Shown here piece after piece: positions 34,419 through 45,970 of a stretch of DNA of 64,000 bases. The notes under the pieces were generated by a model that saw nothing but the letters and a program-made list of their open reading frames with translations, had not been told where the DNA came from and did no database searches. The first letter of the stretch is position 1. Every line of letters starts with the position of its first letter. A program made the position numbers and the translations under genes. This DNA comes from Paramoeba atlantica. Lineage: Eukaryota > Protista > Discosea. The DNA is taken from assembly GCA_977017575.1 (NCBI GenBank), contig CDRNVI010000037.1:124001-188000 (forward strand), read 5' to 3'.

Positions 34419-36175
34419 ATGGCCCCACCACTTCTATTCTTTAACGCGAGCCAAGTGACTCTATCCTCACCGTTGCCACACGAAACTGTTGCCGTACTGC
34501 CCTTCCCCGATGATACTTCAGCTACGCCATCCACCGCATTAATATTGAATGCATCTAACCAGCTTGCTGAGCAGCCGCGGAAGGTTCGGGTGGATCTTAC
34601 CATACAGCAAAAAAAAACAACCTATGTGCTAGTATAGATGCCGGCAAGTCTGTAAGCGTGGCCGCCCGAGATTACAAGGTCGAGGTAAGCACGGTACATA
34701 GAGTTTATCGGAAAAAAGAAGATTGGTATAAATTTACTCAACTTGGCTTCGGGAAATTGTTTCAGTATCATCCCCCCCGAGCAAAGAAAGAATTATATGA
34801 AAAAGGGTTGACGCAACTGCTTTTGCTACGCGGGTCTCTTTCGGCAGTCACGAAACCGACAATGTTGGGGTACTTTGCTGAAATTTCAGAGCACTTCTGT
34901 TCCCTTACCGACAAAGGAAAAGAAAAATTTTGGATTCGTTTTTGCACCTTCGCCAATATTTCGCGACGAAGAGTCAATGGAGCAACCCAAATGGTCCCAA
35001 AAGACATGGACGAGCGTATAGAAGCCTTTTTGAATATGATAGCTCTGCGAAATTGTGATCGCGGAGGATACGCTGTAATTGTAACAGGGGACGAGACCTG
35101 TGTTGTGTGGGAGCCCGTCAATGAAATCACATACGACACTGAAGGGACAAAGCGTGTAAAGGTTTTAACTACAGGTAAGGAGAAGAAGACACTGACTGCG
35201 TGGTTTTGGGGCCGCTCTGCTACGAACCAACGGCATGCAGAAAGCACGTGGGAGCATAAGGTGTTTCCTCCGCACTTAATTTGGGAAGCCCATTCAGATT
35301 CTGGGAAGGTTTCCAAAGAGGTGCTCCGGGCGGCAGAAAAGTACAATTGTACGGCAACAACGACAACAAGCGAGTGGAACACAGGAGGGTCATTTAAAAA
35401 ATGGGCTGAAGCGGAATTCTTTGACAGAATGAAGTATCCTCCGCGGAAGACACTTATTATTTTGGATCTGTACGCTGCTCATCGGACAGCGGAATTATTA
35501 TTGTTCTTTCGTGAGAGAGAAATCGATGTTCAATTCGTTCCAGGAGGTTGCACTTCCAAAGGACAGCTCATGGATATGGCCATCAACCAGCCTTTTAAAA
35601 AGTACTACAAGGAATGTTTTGCCTCCTGGCGTGCGTCGACGCATCATGAAATTGTCCGGCCAACGCGAAGTCTTATAACAAAATTTGCCACCCAGGCTCT
35701 GGCAAAAGTGAATTCAGAAGAATACGAAATCGAATTTAATAAGTTGCTTGTTCCAGCACTTACCAAAAATCTCGCACAGATTCCCATAGAATCCAGAGCC
35801 GAGCTCAGCCTCTCCTCAAGCGTTATCACGGAATCGATGGTGGATGCATCAGCCATCGCTTCACGCGTATCACAACTGAGCATTGTCGAGGAATCTCTTG
35901 AACCAAATCAGGTCCCTCGTCTGCCAACGCGCGTTCCTGTAAAAAATCGAATTAGTCCCACAATCGCAGCGAAAGCCATGAAGTCCGCGATAGAGTCAGC
36001 GCGTAACAGGAACTCAGCGCTTAACGCAACCCCAGTACAGGAGTGTTGTTATTGCACGCGAGTGAATTTAACTCTACGGGAGTGTAGTGAACCTGGGTGT
36101 TTAACGAAATTTCATCACATGTGTGCAATTGAAGAAAAGGGGGAAGAGAATGACAATTTCTGCGCAAAGCATTAA
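34419..36175 (+). mobile_element. pogo-like transposase (HTH + DDE_1, DD35D) with C-terminal PHD-like finger; one frameshift at A9 34609-34617
   Basis: GDET, IILDLYAAH, VPGGCTSKGQLMD. N-terminal HTH across the shift (KVRVDLTIQQK|NNLCASIDAGKSVSVAARDYKVEVSTVHR). C-terminus CYC...CSEPGC...HHMC...CAKH. Confidence 0.88.
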
Positions 36176-36469
36176 CGATGGCCGCAGGTCAGGGCCACTG
36201 CATATATTTTCGGCAGTGTTGGGGCTTAGCGCACCTCACCTTCCCCAGCTTTTTACGTCCACAGCACCATTTTTAATATTCGTCGTATCTAAGTTTTTCT
36301 GTGGTTTTACTTAGTGCCTTGCAAAGCCTCTATAGGTATCATATTTTCTGTCTTCATTTTATGTATTTAAGCCCGCACATTAGAAAATAAATTTGGGCGT
36401 AGCGTATTTTCATGATGTTAGTTACTTTCTGTAGAAGTCAATGATCTTTTAATTCATTTTATAAAGTCA

Positions 36470-36778
36470 ATGATCTTTCCGAACTATGGCAAGCTTACTT
36501 CTTTGTGGTGGGAAAGTATGATCGCCAGATCGAGAACTTCCTCTTGCTTGAGGGGATACGTTTCTGTCGATGGGACCCATCTGCCTTTTTGGCCTGCGGA
36601 TTCCCCGGATTTGAATCCGATTGAGAATTTATTGTGCCGTCTCAAACAAATCAAAAATCAGGCGAACCCGTCCTCCATAAGAGAGATAGAAGAGAGCTGT
36701 GAAAAATATCTAAAAAGTAGTGACTCAAAGAAATTTTCCGAAAAATTGCATGCATCTTTCAAACGCAATACTTCTTGA
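36470..36778 (+). pseudogene. Tc1 transposase C-terminal remnant
   Basis: FWPADSPDLNPIENL. Confidence 0.7.
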
Positions 36779-37680
36779 CAATTCCTCCCCTTTTGATGCC
36801 TCAAAGTAACGTAAATATAAACGTGATGATGATCGAGAGTCGTGTGCCACACGTAGCACCCCGCATTCCACGAGTTCTACTAAATGTTGTAACCAAACCC
36901 CGGAGGATAGTTTCCTTATTTTCCCGTGAAAAGGGGGACAATTTATCTATTCAATAAAATTTTGGGTACTTTTCAATGCCGTGCAACATTTGATACCCCA
37001 TGGTAAACCATTGTTTAGGTGTGTTGATGTAAAGAATCCAAGTTGTTCCTTCAGTATTTATGATGAATCTTCGTTAACAAAGAATTCGGGTATAAATGCA
37101 TCAAGAAAAGCAACCGTTTGCTTTTTTTTTCTAGTTTTCTTTTTTTTTCTCCACCGAATAAGCACTTACGCGTTCACTATCGTCGGTCTGAATTTCTGAT
37201 TCAATATTCCTACTAGGCGAGATATCCTGAAAAGCCGTATTCCGAGCGTCAACCCGAGACGACCGGTGTGTGCCTCGACACTTCCATATGGGAGGATCTA
37301 TAACGCACCAACAATACTCCCCCCCCCCTTTGTTTTCTCTCCCCCGAACACTCCATATTTTTCAACTTCAAATCTTCTTAGGGGGGAGGACTCCCGTTAC
37401 CATGCCTCAAGTGAGGATTAAGGAACTATTTTTTTTTTCGGCAATCGTAGTGCCAGGCAATCCAAGGCGAGTTTACTACGCCGAGATAATGGGGAGTTGC
37501 TGTTCCCCTGAACATGATACCATGGACAGGGCATAGCAACTCCCTCATTATCACTCCTTCGTAAGCACCATGTTACCGGGACCAAGCCCTAGGTGCCAGG
37601 CATGCCATAGCACGTCACAACTTCCCACCCTCTCCCTTCTGTTTTTATTCTGTTTTCACTTCATTAAAAAAACATGCTGA

Positions 37681-39203
37681 AGAGGAGGATGTATAGCGCA
37701 AATGGAACGGCAAGTGTGTCCCGAAGGACACGGAGCCCATGGGCCTCCCAGCACGAATGCTGGGGCGGTGGTACCCCGAAGGGTACGGAGCCCATGGGCC
37801 TCGTTACAGAGGATGAATATATAAATGCAACGGCAAGTGTGTCCCGAAGGACACGGAGCCCATGGGCCTCCCAGCACGAATGCTGGGGCGGTGGTACCCC
37901 GAAGGGTACGGAGCCCATGGGCCTCATTACAGAGGATGAATATATAAATGCAACGGCAAGTGTGTCCCGAAGGACACGGAGCCCATGGGCCTCCCAGCAC
38001 GAATGCTGGGGCGGTGGTACCCCGAAGGGTACGGAGCCCATGGGCCTCGTTACAGAGGATGAATATATAAATGCAACGGCAAGTGTGTCCCGAAGGACAC
38101 GGAGCCCATGGGCCTCCCAGCACGAATGCTGGGGCGGTGGTACCCCGAAGGGTACGGAGCCCATGGGCCTCATTACAGAGGATGAATATATAAATGCAAC
38201 GGCAAGTGTGTCCCGAAGGACACGGAGCCCATGGGCCTCCCAGCACGAATGCTGGGGCGGTGGTACCCCGAAGGGTACGGAGCCCATGGGCCTCGTTACA
38301 GAGGATGAATATATAAATGCAACGGCAAGTGTGTCCCGAAGGACACGGAGCCCATGGGCCTCCCAGCACGAATGCTGGGGCGGTGGTACCCCGAAGGGTA
38401 CGGAGCCCATGGGCCTCGTTACAGAGGATGAATATATAAATGCAACGGCAAGTGTGCCCCGAAGGGTACGGAGCCCATGGGCCTCGTTACAGAGGATGAA
38501 TATATAAATGCAACGGCAAGTGTGTCCCGAAGGACACGGAGCCCATGGGCCTCCCAGCACGAATGCTGGGGCGGTGGTATCCCGAAGGGTACGGAGCCCA
38601 TGGGCCTCGTTACAGAGGATGAATATATAAATGCAACGGCAAGTGTGTCCCGAAGGACACGGAGCCCATGGGCCTCCCAGCACGAATGCTGGGGCGGTGG
38701 TACCCCGAAGGGTACGGAGCCCATGGGCCTCGTTACAGAGGATGAATATATAAATGCAACGGCAAGTGTGCCCCGAAGGGTACGGAGCCCATGGGCCTCG
38801 TTACAGAGGATGAATATATAAATGCAACGGCAAGTGTGTCCCGAAGGACACGGAGCCCATGGGCCTCCCAGCACGAATGCTGGGGCGGTGGTATCCCGAA
38901 GGGTACGGAGCCCATGGGCCTCGTTACAGAGGATGAATATATAAATGCAACGGCAAGTGTGTCCCGAAGGACACGGAGCCCATGGGCCTCCCAGCACGAA
39001 TGCTGGGGCGGTGGTACCCCGAAGGGTACGGAGCCCATGGGCCTCGTTACAGAGGATGAATATATAAATGCAACGGCAAGTGTGCCCCGAAGGGTACGGA
39101 GCCCATGGGCCTCGTTACAGAGGATGTATAAATGCAACGGCAAGTGTGCCCCGAAGGACACGGAGCCCATGGGCCTCCCAGCACGAATGCTGGGGCGGTG
39201 GTA
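37681..39203. repeat. Tandem array of 123-bp units with interspersed 68-bp deletion units
   Basis: Unit AATGCAACGGCAAGTGTGTCCCGAAGGACACGGAGCCCATGGGCCTCCCAGCACGAATGCTGGGGCGGTGGTACCCCGAAGGGTACGGAGCCCATGGGCCTCGTTACAGAGGATGAATATATA. Confidence 0.97.
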
Positions 39204-40234
39204 AGGAAATGTGGGGGGGGGGTCAAATGAATAATATCCGCAAGGATCCTCATTTGTTTTCAAGTACAATCATAATTCACCTAGGCATGCTCTGTAAAGC
39301 ACTTAAGAACACGCCATGTTGTTCTCCCTTTAATAATTCAATGTCTGAATGTAGTGCAACATGTAATTCCCTCCGATTTTCTCATGACAACCTGCTTGGC
39401 GTGCGGCACCGGAAAAAGAATCAGATTCCCCATATTTCTTTACTTAGAAGATACTATGAGAGGCTTTTATTTGTCCACAATAACTGTAACAGCCCATGTC
39501 ACGTTTCTGTACCTTTCTGTCATTTGAAAATGCTCTTTTCTGACCCGTCCAATAAAAAGGAGGACGGAAAAAGCGAAAAAGTGGCCTAACTGCAGAATTT
39601 TGCACTTTGAAAAGTCAAAAGTTTTTGTATTTTTTTAAAAAATTAAAACATGCGGGAAACGCATTATCACATGACACGTAACTCTGCGAGAGCTCTCGAA
39701 TGCGGTGCTACTTTCCAAAATTGGCCAAGTTATAGAAATTTTGACCCCCCCCACATTTTCGTGCCCACCCCTGTATGTACATCCCATATGTACATCCTGT
39801 ATGTATATCCTAGAAATGAGGTGAATACCCTTTAATCCGTTTAAGGTGTAATCTCTCTGTTATCCCTCCCCCCCGGCGTTACGGTACCCCCCCCCACCTC
39901 TATGGTGGTATGTGGGAGGCGTGAGAATGTGGATGTGTGAGGGAGGGGGGAGATACCCTGTACAGGGGTCTACACCCCTGCACACCATACAGTGTACATA
40001 CATTTTAGAAATGGGGTGAATACCTTTTTACCCGTTTTAATGTGTAATCTCCCTGTTATCCCTCCCGTTCAATGGGTATAAATGGATGGGTTGGGTTTTA
40101 GCTTTCTTATAAACTTTACTTGCTTCTTATCCAAGGGGAGTTGGAGATGTAATGTGTAGCTATAGGAAGATTTTAAATTTCGTTGGATTATAATTTTTAG
40201 GTATTAGGGTATTAGATACTTTATCGTTGCAGCA

Positions 40235-40978
40235 ATGTTGTCTGAGGCATCGAACTCAGATTCGGGTTTTCCTGCTTCTGAGGCTGAGGTCGAAGCCTTT
40301 CGACTGTTGTACAACAGAGTAGTTCCAGAATCACATGATATCTCTGTCACAAAAGCAGGTGAAAGAATTATTACGAAACAACACGTTGGCAATCTCTTTA
40401 ATCATATGCAGCAAAAGGTAAAGAAGTTACATGTAGATCACTTCAAACCTCTAGAATGGAAAGACCCAGCGAATAACAGGGATGCAGATGCCGAAGACGT
40501 TTGTTCATACAATCTCTCGAGCCATCTACTACAAAATCTGGAACAAGATTACCACGCTCGACTGCGCGCCATGCTTCTTCGCTTGGAGGATCGTTTCAAC
40601 GTGCTTTTGCGTAATTTTACTTCAGAGGCCCAAGAACTGGCTAAAACGCGCGTCAAGGCATTTTTAAAAAGCTGGCAGCCCACGAGATCTCCACCGCAAA
40701 AAGAGGACTCCGAATCCCTTGAAAATATCGTGGAACAAAACTTACTGATAAACGACATATCCGAACAGGGCATACATGAGACTTCGAGTTCTTGTGAGCC
40801 TCATGTCACAAGTCTTTTCCCCATGTCGACAAGCAACACATTTCTTTTTCACTCGCTTTACAATTTATGTGATCAACCTTGCCTTGAGCGTCGCTTTCGA
40901 CACAGGCTAAAAGAAGAAGGAGTGGTAACAGATAGAGGGGGGCGGGTCCCTCCAGAGTTGATTTCCCGCTCTTCATAG
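40235..40978 (+). CDS. Hypothetical protein, 247 aa
   Basis: Intact ATG ORF on the gene-cluster strand. No motif recognised. Confidence 0.65.
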   Translation: MLSEASNSDSGFPASEAEVEAFRLLYNRVVPESHDISVTKAGERIITKQHVGNLFNHMQQKVKKLHVDHFKPLEWKDPANNRDADAEDVCSYNLSSHLLQNLEQDYHARLRAMLLRLEDRFNVLLRNFTSEAQELAKTRVKAFLKSWQPTRSPPQKEDSESLENIVEQNLLINDISEQGIHETSSSCEPHVTSLFPMSTSNTFLFHSLYNLCDQPCLERRFRHRLKEEGVVTDRGGRVPPELISRSS

Positions 40979-41740
40979 AAATGTATGTATAAAATAAAAA
41001 TGTGTAGCTTTTCCTCCTTTGGATATCAACTTTCGTGATCTAGGAGATGCATGTAGGTAGTATCCCTTTACTGGGTAATATCACAGTCAATTGAGGGTAA
41101 TAGGTTGTTAAATTGATAAGGTCTGGCAGTTGGCCAGCGGCTTATCGTACCGAGGAAGAAATCGAGAAAGCATCTTTATGCTAGAAGTTATTGGTCCGAT
41201 TCGAGCTGTATTCATCAGGCTCAAGCTCAAATCAACACAGAACATTTTTTCCTATTGCTATCCCCGAAGAGTCAAAATCATCTTGACCCAGAAGATCACA
41301 AAAGGAGAGTTATGAACCTATCCAACTTTGATTGGATGCGAAATTAATCAGATATTGTTAATGGAATCGTGTTTATCTTGATATACAGTTTACAGAGTTT
41401 AATTTTCAAAAATATGTGTATTTCTAATTTGTGCAACTGTGCACACATCACCGTACAACTGTCCCTCCCTTCAACTATTGAAATAAAACACGTCCAAATG
41501 CTAGCTGAATACACAACAACATTGACATAGGAAGCCTAAATGCTACAACTCCTCGAGTACCAGGGGCATCATAGGATAATTGTACCTCAAATAAACTTAT
41601 AACGCAAATAGTACAGTACCGATAGTACATTTTTTTAGCTAATTTCAGTCTGCAGTACAGATAGCACAGCAAATTTTCTAGAGTTTTTATCGTGTTGTCA
41701 ACGAGTTTGGTAGAATTTTGTTTCCAGGTTTTTTACCGAT

Positions 41741-42436
41741 ATGATTATTTCCAGCATGCTACCCACGTGGGAATCTGCGGATTCATCTTCCGTCTCACGC
41801 CTTGGTAGAATAAACAAAATTACGCTTTCTCCCGAACTTCAGCTTTGTATGTTTTTGCAAAATGTGACTCACCCAGAGTACAATTGGAATCTGACAACTC
41901 CAATAGATAAATGGATTGGAGTCACCTGTGATCAATCGGGGCAAGTCAAGGAAATTGCGTGGACAGCAAAGTTCTTGAAAGGCGCACTTTCATGGAGCTT
42001 CTTACCACACCAGCTCACAACACTCAAAATTTCTGAGAACCAATTTAGTCAGACAATAGAGTACACGGCGCTACCTGATTCCTTGCAGATTTTATACGGT
42101 AGTGAATGCCGCTTTTACGGAGAACTGCCTCTGAACTCTGTTCCGCGAAACCTGGATACTCTGTCCTTATATCGCAACGAACTAAGCGGGACCCTTGTGT
42201 TGCAGGACTTTCCACCAGAAATTCGTAATGCGTGGCTTCACGAGAATAAGTTCTCCGGTGAGATATCTTTACGTAATCTACCTTCTACCTTTAGGATGCT
42301 CTACCTACAAAACAATGATTTTGAAGGAGAGTTAGATGTATCAATTTTGCCTTGCGGAATGGATATTATCTTACATGGCAATTCATTTATTATTCAAGGT
42401 ACGCATTCAGGGTATAAACCACACATTTATTCTTGA
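41741..42436 (+). CDS. Leucine-rich repeat protein, 231 aa
   Basis: SRLGRI cap, KWIGVTC, LRRs. Confidence 0.92.
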   Translation: MIISSMLPTWESADSSSVSRLGRINKITLSPELQLCMFLQNVTHPEYNWNLTTPIDKWIGVTCDQSGQVKEIAWTAKFLKGALSWSFLPHQLTTLKISENQFSQTIEYTALPDSLQILYGSECRFYGELPLNSVPRNLDTLSLYRNELSGTLVLQDFPPEIRNAWLHENKFSGEISLRNLPSTFRMLYLQNNDFEGELDVSILPCGMDIILHGNSFIIQGTHSGYKPHIYS

Positions 42437-43203
42437 TATTATTTTCACTTCGGGAAGGAACAAGATAGTACAATAATAGGGCTATAATAGGGGAAGCTGG
42501 ATTTTCGAGATGTACTAAAGTTGAACCTTGGGAGGAAAGGTACTGTCCCCCCCCCTATTTACTATTGAGCGCTCAAACCCCCCTATTTAGAGTTGAATTT
42601 TGGGTTCCGTGCCTATAAGCGCCGCAGAGCGGCGCTTATTTTTTATTACTAAAAACTTTTTTTCTTATCGTGGCTTATTATTTGTGATTGTTTAGCGATT
42701 TCTAGTGCTTATTTTAATCATACATACTATCCCCCCTACCCTAGCGTTGCCTGGTTTTGGTGAAAAGCAACGCTAGGAGGGGTGGGGTCAAAAACAGGGC
42801 CCCAAGAATAAGCCGAAGATGTTGTGGGATGTGGTAAGGGATGTGGTGAGGAGTGTGAAAGCGCTTACGGTGGATAAGATACTGGACTGATTGACCTTAG
42901 ACAAGACACGTCTTATTAAAAGGATTAAAAACATGCATACAGTGGAATATTCAAATACAAGTCACATACACGATGGAATGCACTTTGGGTGAATGGCAAT
43001 TTAGCATGGTCGACAGACTATGCCGGAACTTTTCTATGTTGTTTTGGGCCGAATGTGTAGCGTAACCGCAAAAGCTGTCGTACACTGAAAGAGAATGCTC
43101 ACGAACATGCAAAAGAATAAAATGATGCGCATAATAAAGGCAGGCGTATACCTGAGTAGAGTGAGTGATCTTCGGATGGAAGCGTTCTCTTACCATCATA
43201 ATA

Positions 43204-43990
43204 CTAGTCTGTGGAATGCTCCAGAGAGCGACTTCCTCTACTGAAAAGGGAATTTGGTGGAATCTCCCTTTTTTTCCCCAACTTTTTCCCCACGAGACAA
43301 AGACGACGGTGGGAAACTCTACAAATCCCTGCGGATTCGGGGTCGGCGCCCTTATAGGCGTCGATCGAACCGCGGCCGATCAACAACTCCGAATAAACTC
43401 CGAGCTTCTTCTCGGAGTCGTGGAACTTGCGAAGAAGGTAATAATACTTTCGTTTTACACTAAGAAGCTCTTTTTTGTGGACTAATAGTTCTTCTTCAAC
43501 TATTCTCAGACGTACAGAGAGATTGGGCAGAATACAAAAGTTTGCTTCAACAGCGAAATCAAGCGGTTCATGTAGCGAGTTACCGACATCTGATTCAAAC
43601 AAATCCGGAGCCGCAATATTCGACTGCATGTTATTTTTAGCTTCTAACGCATCCTTTAAAACTAGGGGATTATCTCTGGGTACTGGTAACGATTCTGTAT
43701 CCGTGCAAAAACGCTTGGCTAAGTCCTCACGATTTTCTTGTTCGTGACGCTCAACGCCTTTCAGGGAAGCGTATACGGCTATGCTCTCTTCCTCACTCCA
43801 CTCATCCTCACAGATCGAGGAACCTGACTCATCGTTTTACTCCCAGTCGGGATCTTCACTTGCAGAGAAGGCAAGTTCAGAGCTCGTATCCAAGTCACTA
43901 GATGACACAGGATACGTCGGAAAAGGCAACGCGACTCTGTTCAGAATCAAGAAGTCCAAGTGTCACAGGGATTACGTCACCTAATGGCAT
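43204..43990 (-). pseudogene. Paralogue of the 7540-8330 acidic/coiled-coil ORF
   Basis: Minus-strand translation ...SEDPDWE*NDESGSSICEDEWSEEESIAVYASLKGVERHEQEN... continues into ORF 43204..43629. Confidence 0.45.
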
Positions 43991-44272
43991 GTCAAAAAAA
44001 ACGAGTTAAAAGAGGAAGACTTCAAAAAAGCTTCATTATGTTAGTCAAAAATTGAAACTACGCTCATAAAGCTCAGAATCACGAGTATAAAACAATTTTC
44101 CGACATTCTCTATGGTGTACGTCCATTCTGCCTTTTAAATGACTTGAATCGGCTGAAGGACACAAATATAAGTGTGTTGCGTTATTTTCGAATGGGGGTG
44201 CATCGTCTTCGCATTTAATTTTATTTTATTTTATTTCTATATTCTAGAAACCTTCGGCTTGATTGCAGTACT

Positions 44273-44698
44273 ATGCAAGCACTTCGTATATGTCGACGAT
44301 TACACGGACTACTGAAAAATGATTCAGGCGCATCACACAGTATCGCCGTGCACGATAGCGAAAAGGGGATGGAAATTCGAAAAGAGATGGAGGAACTGTG
44401 TACACCAGATGTCAAATTCTTCAACTCGTGTAAGCTGTGCTCTTATGACGACATGCTACGGCGTACTTTGGAAATGAAGAATCATTCTCGGTATATCTAT
44501 CGTTCTACAGAAGTCGATGTCGTCGAGGAAAATCTGCATGACACTGTGTTGATGGGTCGGATGCATTTTATCTCAAGGGATAATTCAGCTTTGACGATTA
44601 CACTACCGTTTCTTAGTTACCTGGAACTAGATTCATCGCTAGAAAAATGTCAAACCTTACATCAACATATTGATGACAGTATATTTCTGCTATCTTGA
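44273..44698 (+). CDS. Hypothetical protein, 141 aa, with a basic N-terminus
   Basis: Intact ATG ORF. MQALRICRRLHG is presequence-like (inference). Confidence 0.5.
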   Translation: MQALRICRRLHGLLKNDSGASHSIAVHDSEKGMEIRKEMEELCTPDVKFFNSCKLCSYDDMLRRTLEMKNHSRYIYRSTEVDVVEENLHDTVLMGRMHFISRDNSALTITLPFLSYLELDSSLEKCQTLHQHIDDSIFLLS

Positions 44699-44842
44699 AG
44701 TTTCCGCTTACTTTGTTGAAATTATTCATTAGAATTTATTATTCTAATAAACGAATCATATTCAGTTCGTTTCTAAACTTCCTGCGATACGTTTTTTCTA
44801 CTGTTACGCATTTGATTGTTGCTACTAATACAAAATTGTCGT

Positions 44843-45727
44843 ATGGGTTTCCTTGCTCTTCTTGAGTTGAAAATGCTTTCTTCTCATGATCCCACAGAGT
44901 CTCCTTTGAAGAAGCGCCGAAAGTTTAACGTTTCCCTTCCCGACGATGCTACCGTACAGATCCCTCCAAGCACCCGATCGAGTGGGGCAAAGGTAAGCAT
45001 GGCCAATTTACCTCAAGAATATGAACTCGTACGTCTTGTACGTGATATTTTAAATCCGCACGAGACATGGGATGCGAAAACTCCAGCCTGCGAGTGGGAC
45101 GGTGTCGGCTGCAGCCAGGGCGACGTCGTCACGCGTATCCGCTGGACAGGCCGCGACCTCCACGGCTCACTCCATTTGTCTCATTTCATGCAAACGATGA
45201 AACGGTTCAACGTGGGGCGAAACGCGCTGACGGGTGAAATCGATCTCCTCGACTTGCCCTCATCCTTGCGTTATCTTTGCCTCAGTGAGAACCGATTTGT
45301 GGGCGCATTGGATCTTACCTCGCTCCCGCAGAAGCTGGCAGAACTGGATATTTACGACAATTCGTTTACAGAAGGCGTGTGTTTGACGCGACTTTCTCCA
45401 GCTCTGGAGGGGTTGTATCTTTCCTCCAATAATCTTACGGGATCGGTCGATTTGACTTCTCTGCCTCAGAGTATGAAACAACTTGGTTTACGGGACAACT
45501 TGCTTTCAGGTGAGATATCTCTAAGTCAGCTCCCGCAAAATCTCCTGGGGTTGTCTTTGCGTAATAATGACTTTTGTGGTGTCGTTGACTTTCGACGTCT
45601 CCCCTTTACGTTGCGCTGGCTTGATGTATCGGACAATGAGAGAATCACGGGCGAGATTGCACCCTCTCGGTACCTGAATTTGCAGTTTTCAGTCGCAAAT
45701 ACAGGAGTTCACGTAGTGGTTGAGTAG
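44843..45727 (+). CDS. Leucine-rich repeat protein
   Basis: NLPQEYEL, CEWDGVGC, about 7 LRRs. First ATG at 44843. Confidence 0.92.
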   Translation: MGFLALLELKMLSSHDPTESPLKKRRKFNVSLPDDATVQIPPSTRSSGAKVSMANLPQEYELVRLVRDILNPHETWDAKTPACEWDGVGCSQGDVVTRIRWTGRDLHGSLHLSHFMQTMKRFNVGRNALTGEIDLLDLPSSLRYLCLSENRFVGALDLTSLPQKLAELDIYDNSFTEGVCLTRLSPALEGLYLSSNNLTGSVDLTSLPQSMKQLGLRDNLLSGEISLSQLPQNLLGLSLRNNDFCGVVDFRRLPFTLRWLDVSDNERITGEIAPSRYLNLQFSVANTGVHVVVE

Positions 45728-45970
45728 CTTTTATGGCAATTTGAACTTAAACGCAGTTTTGGGACTACTTTTTTTCGAAAACCGTGCTGATTTTCAGCAT
45801 GTTTCTATTCCATTACCCAAATTATCACAAGTATATCCATTGCCAAGATTGTCGCAAGTGATAATGCCAAAAGTATCACAAGTGTCGTTCAAGTAAGGGA
45901 ATATTCTAGACCAGTGGTGACTTAATCAAGTTTGGTTCTTCATATCAAATTTAGTTTTCTACGCTTCGTC

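Noticed and set aside
37656-39269. Long ORFs on both strands over the 123-bp array; CRISPR or hammerhead interpretation
   Set aside because: The unit is a multiple of 3, so open frames arise on both strands by default. There are no unique spacers and no cas genes. CTGTAA(C/T)GAGGCC resembles CUGAUGA, but no GAAA core follows stem II.
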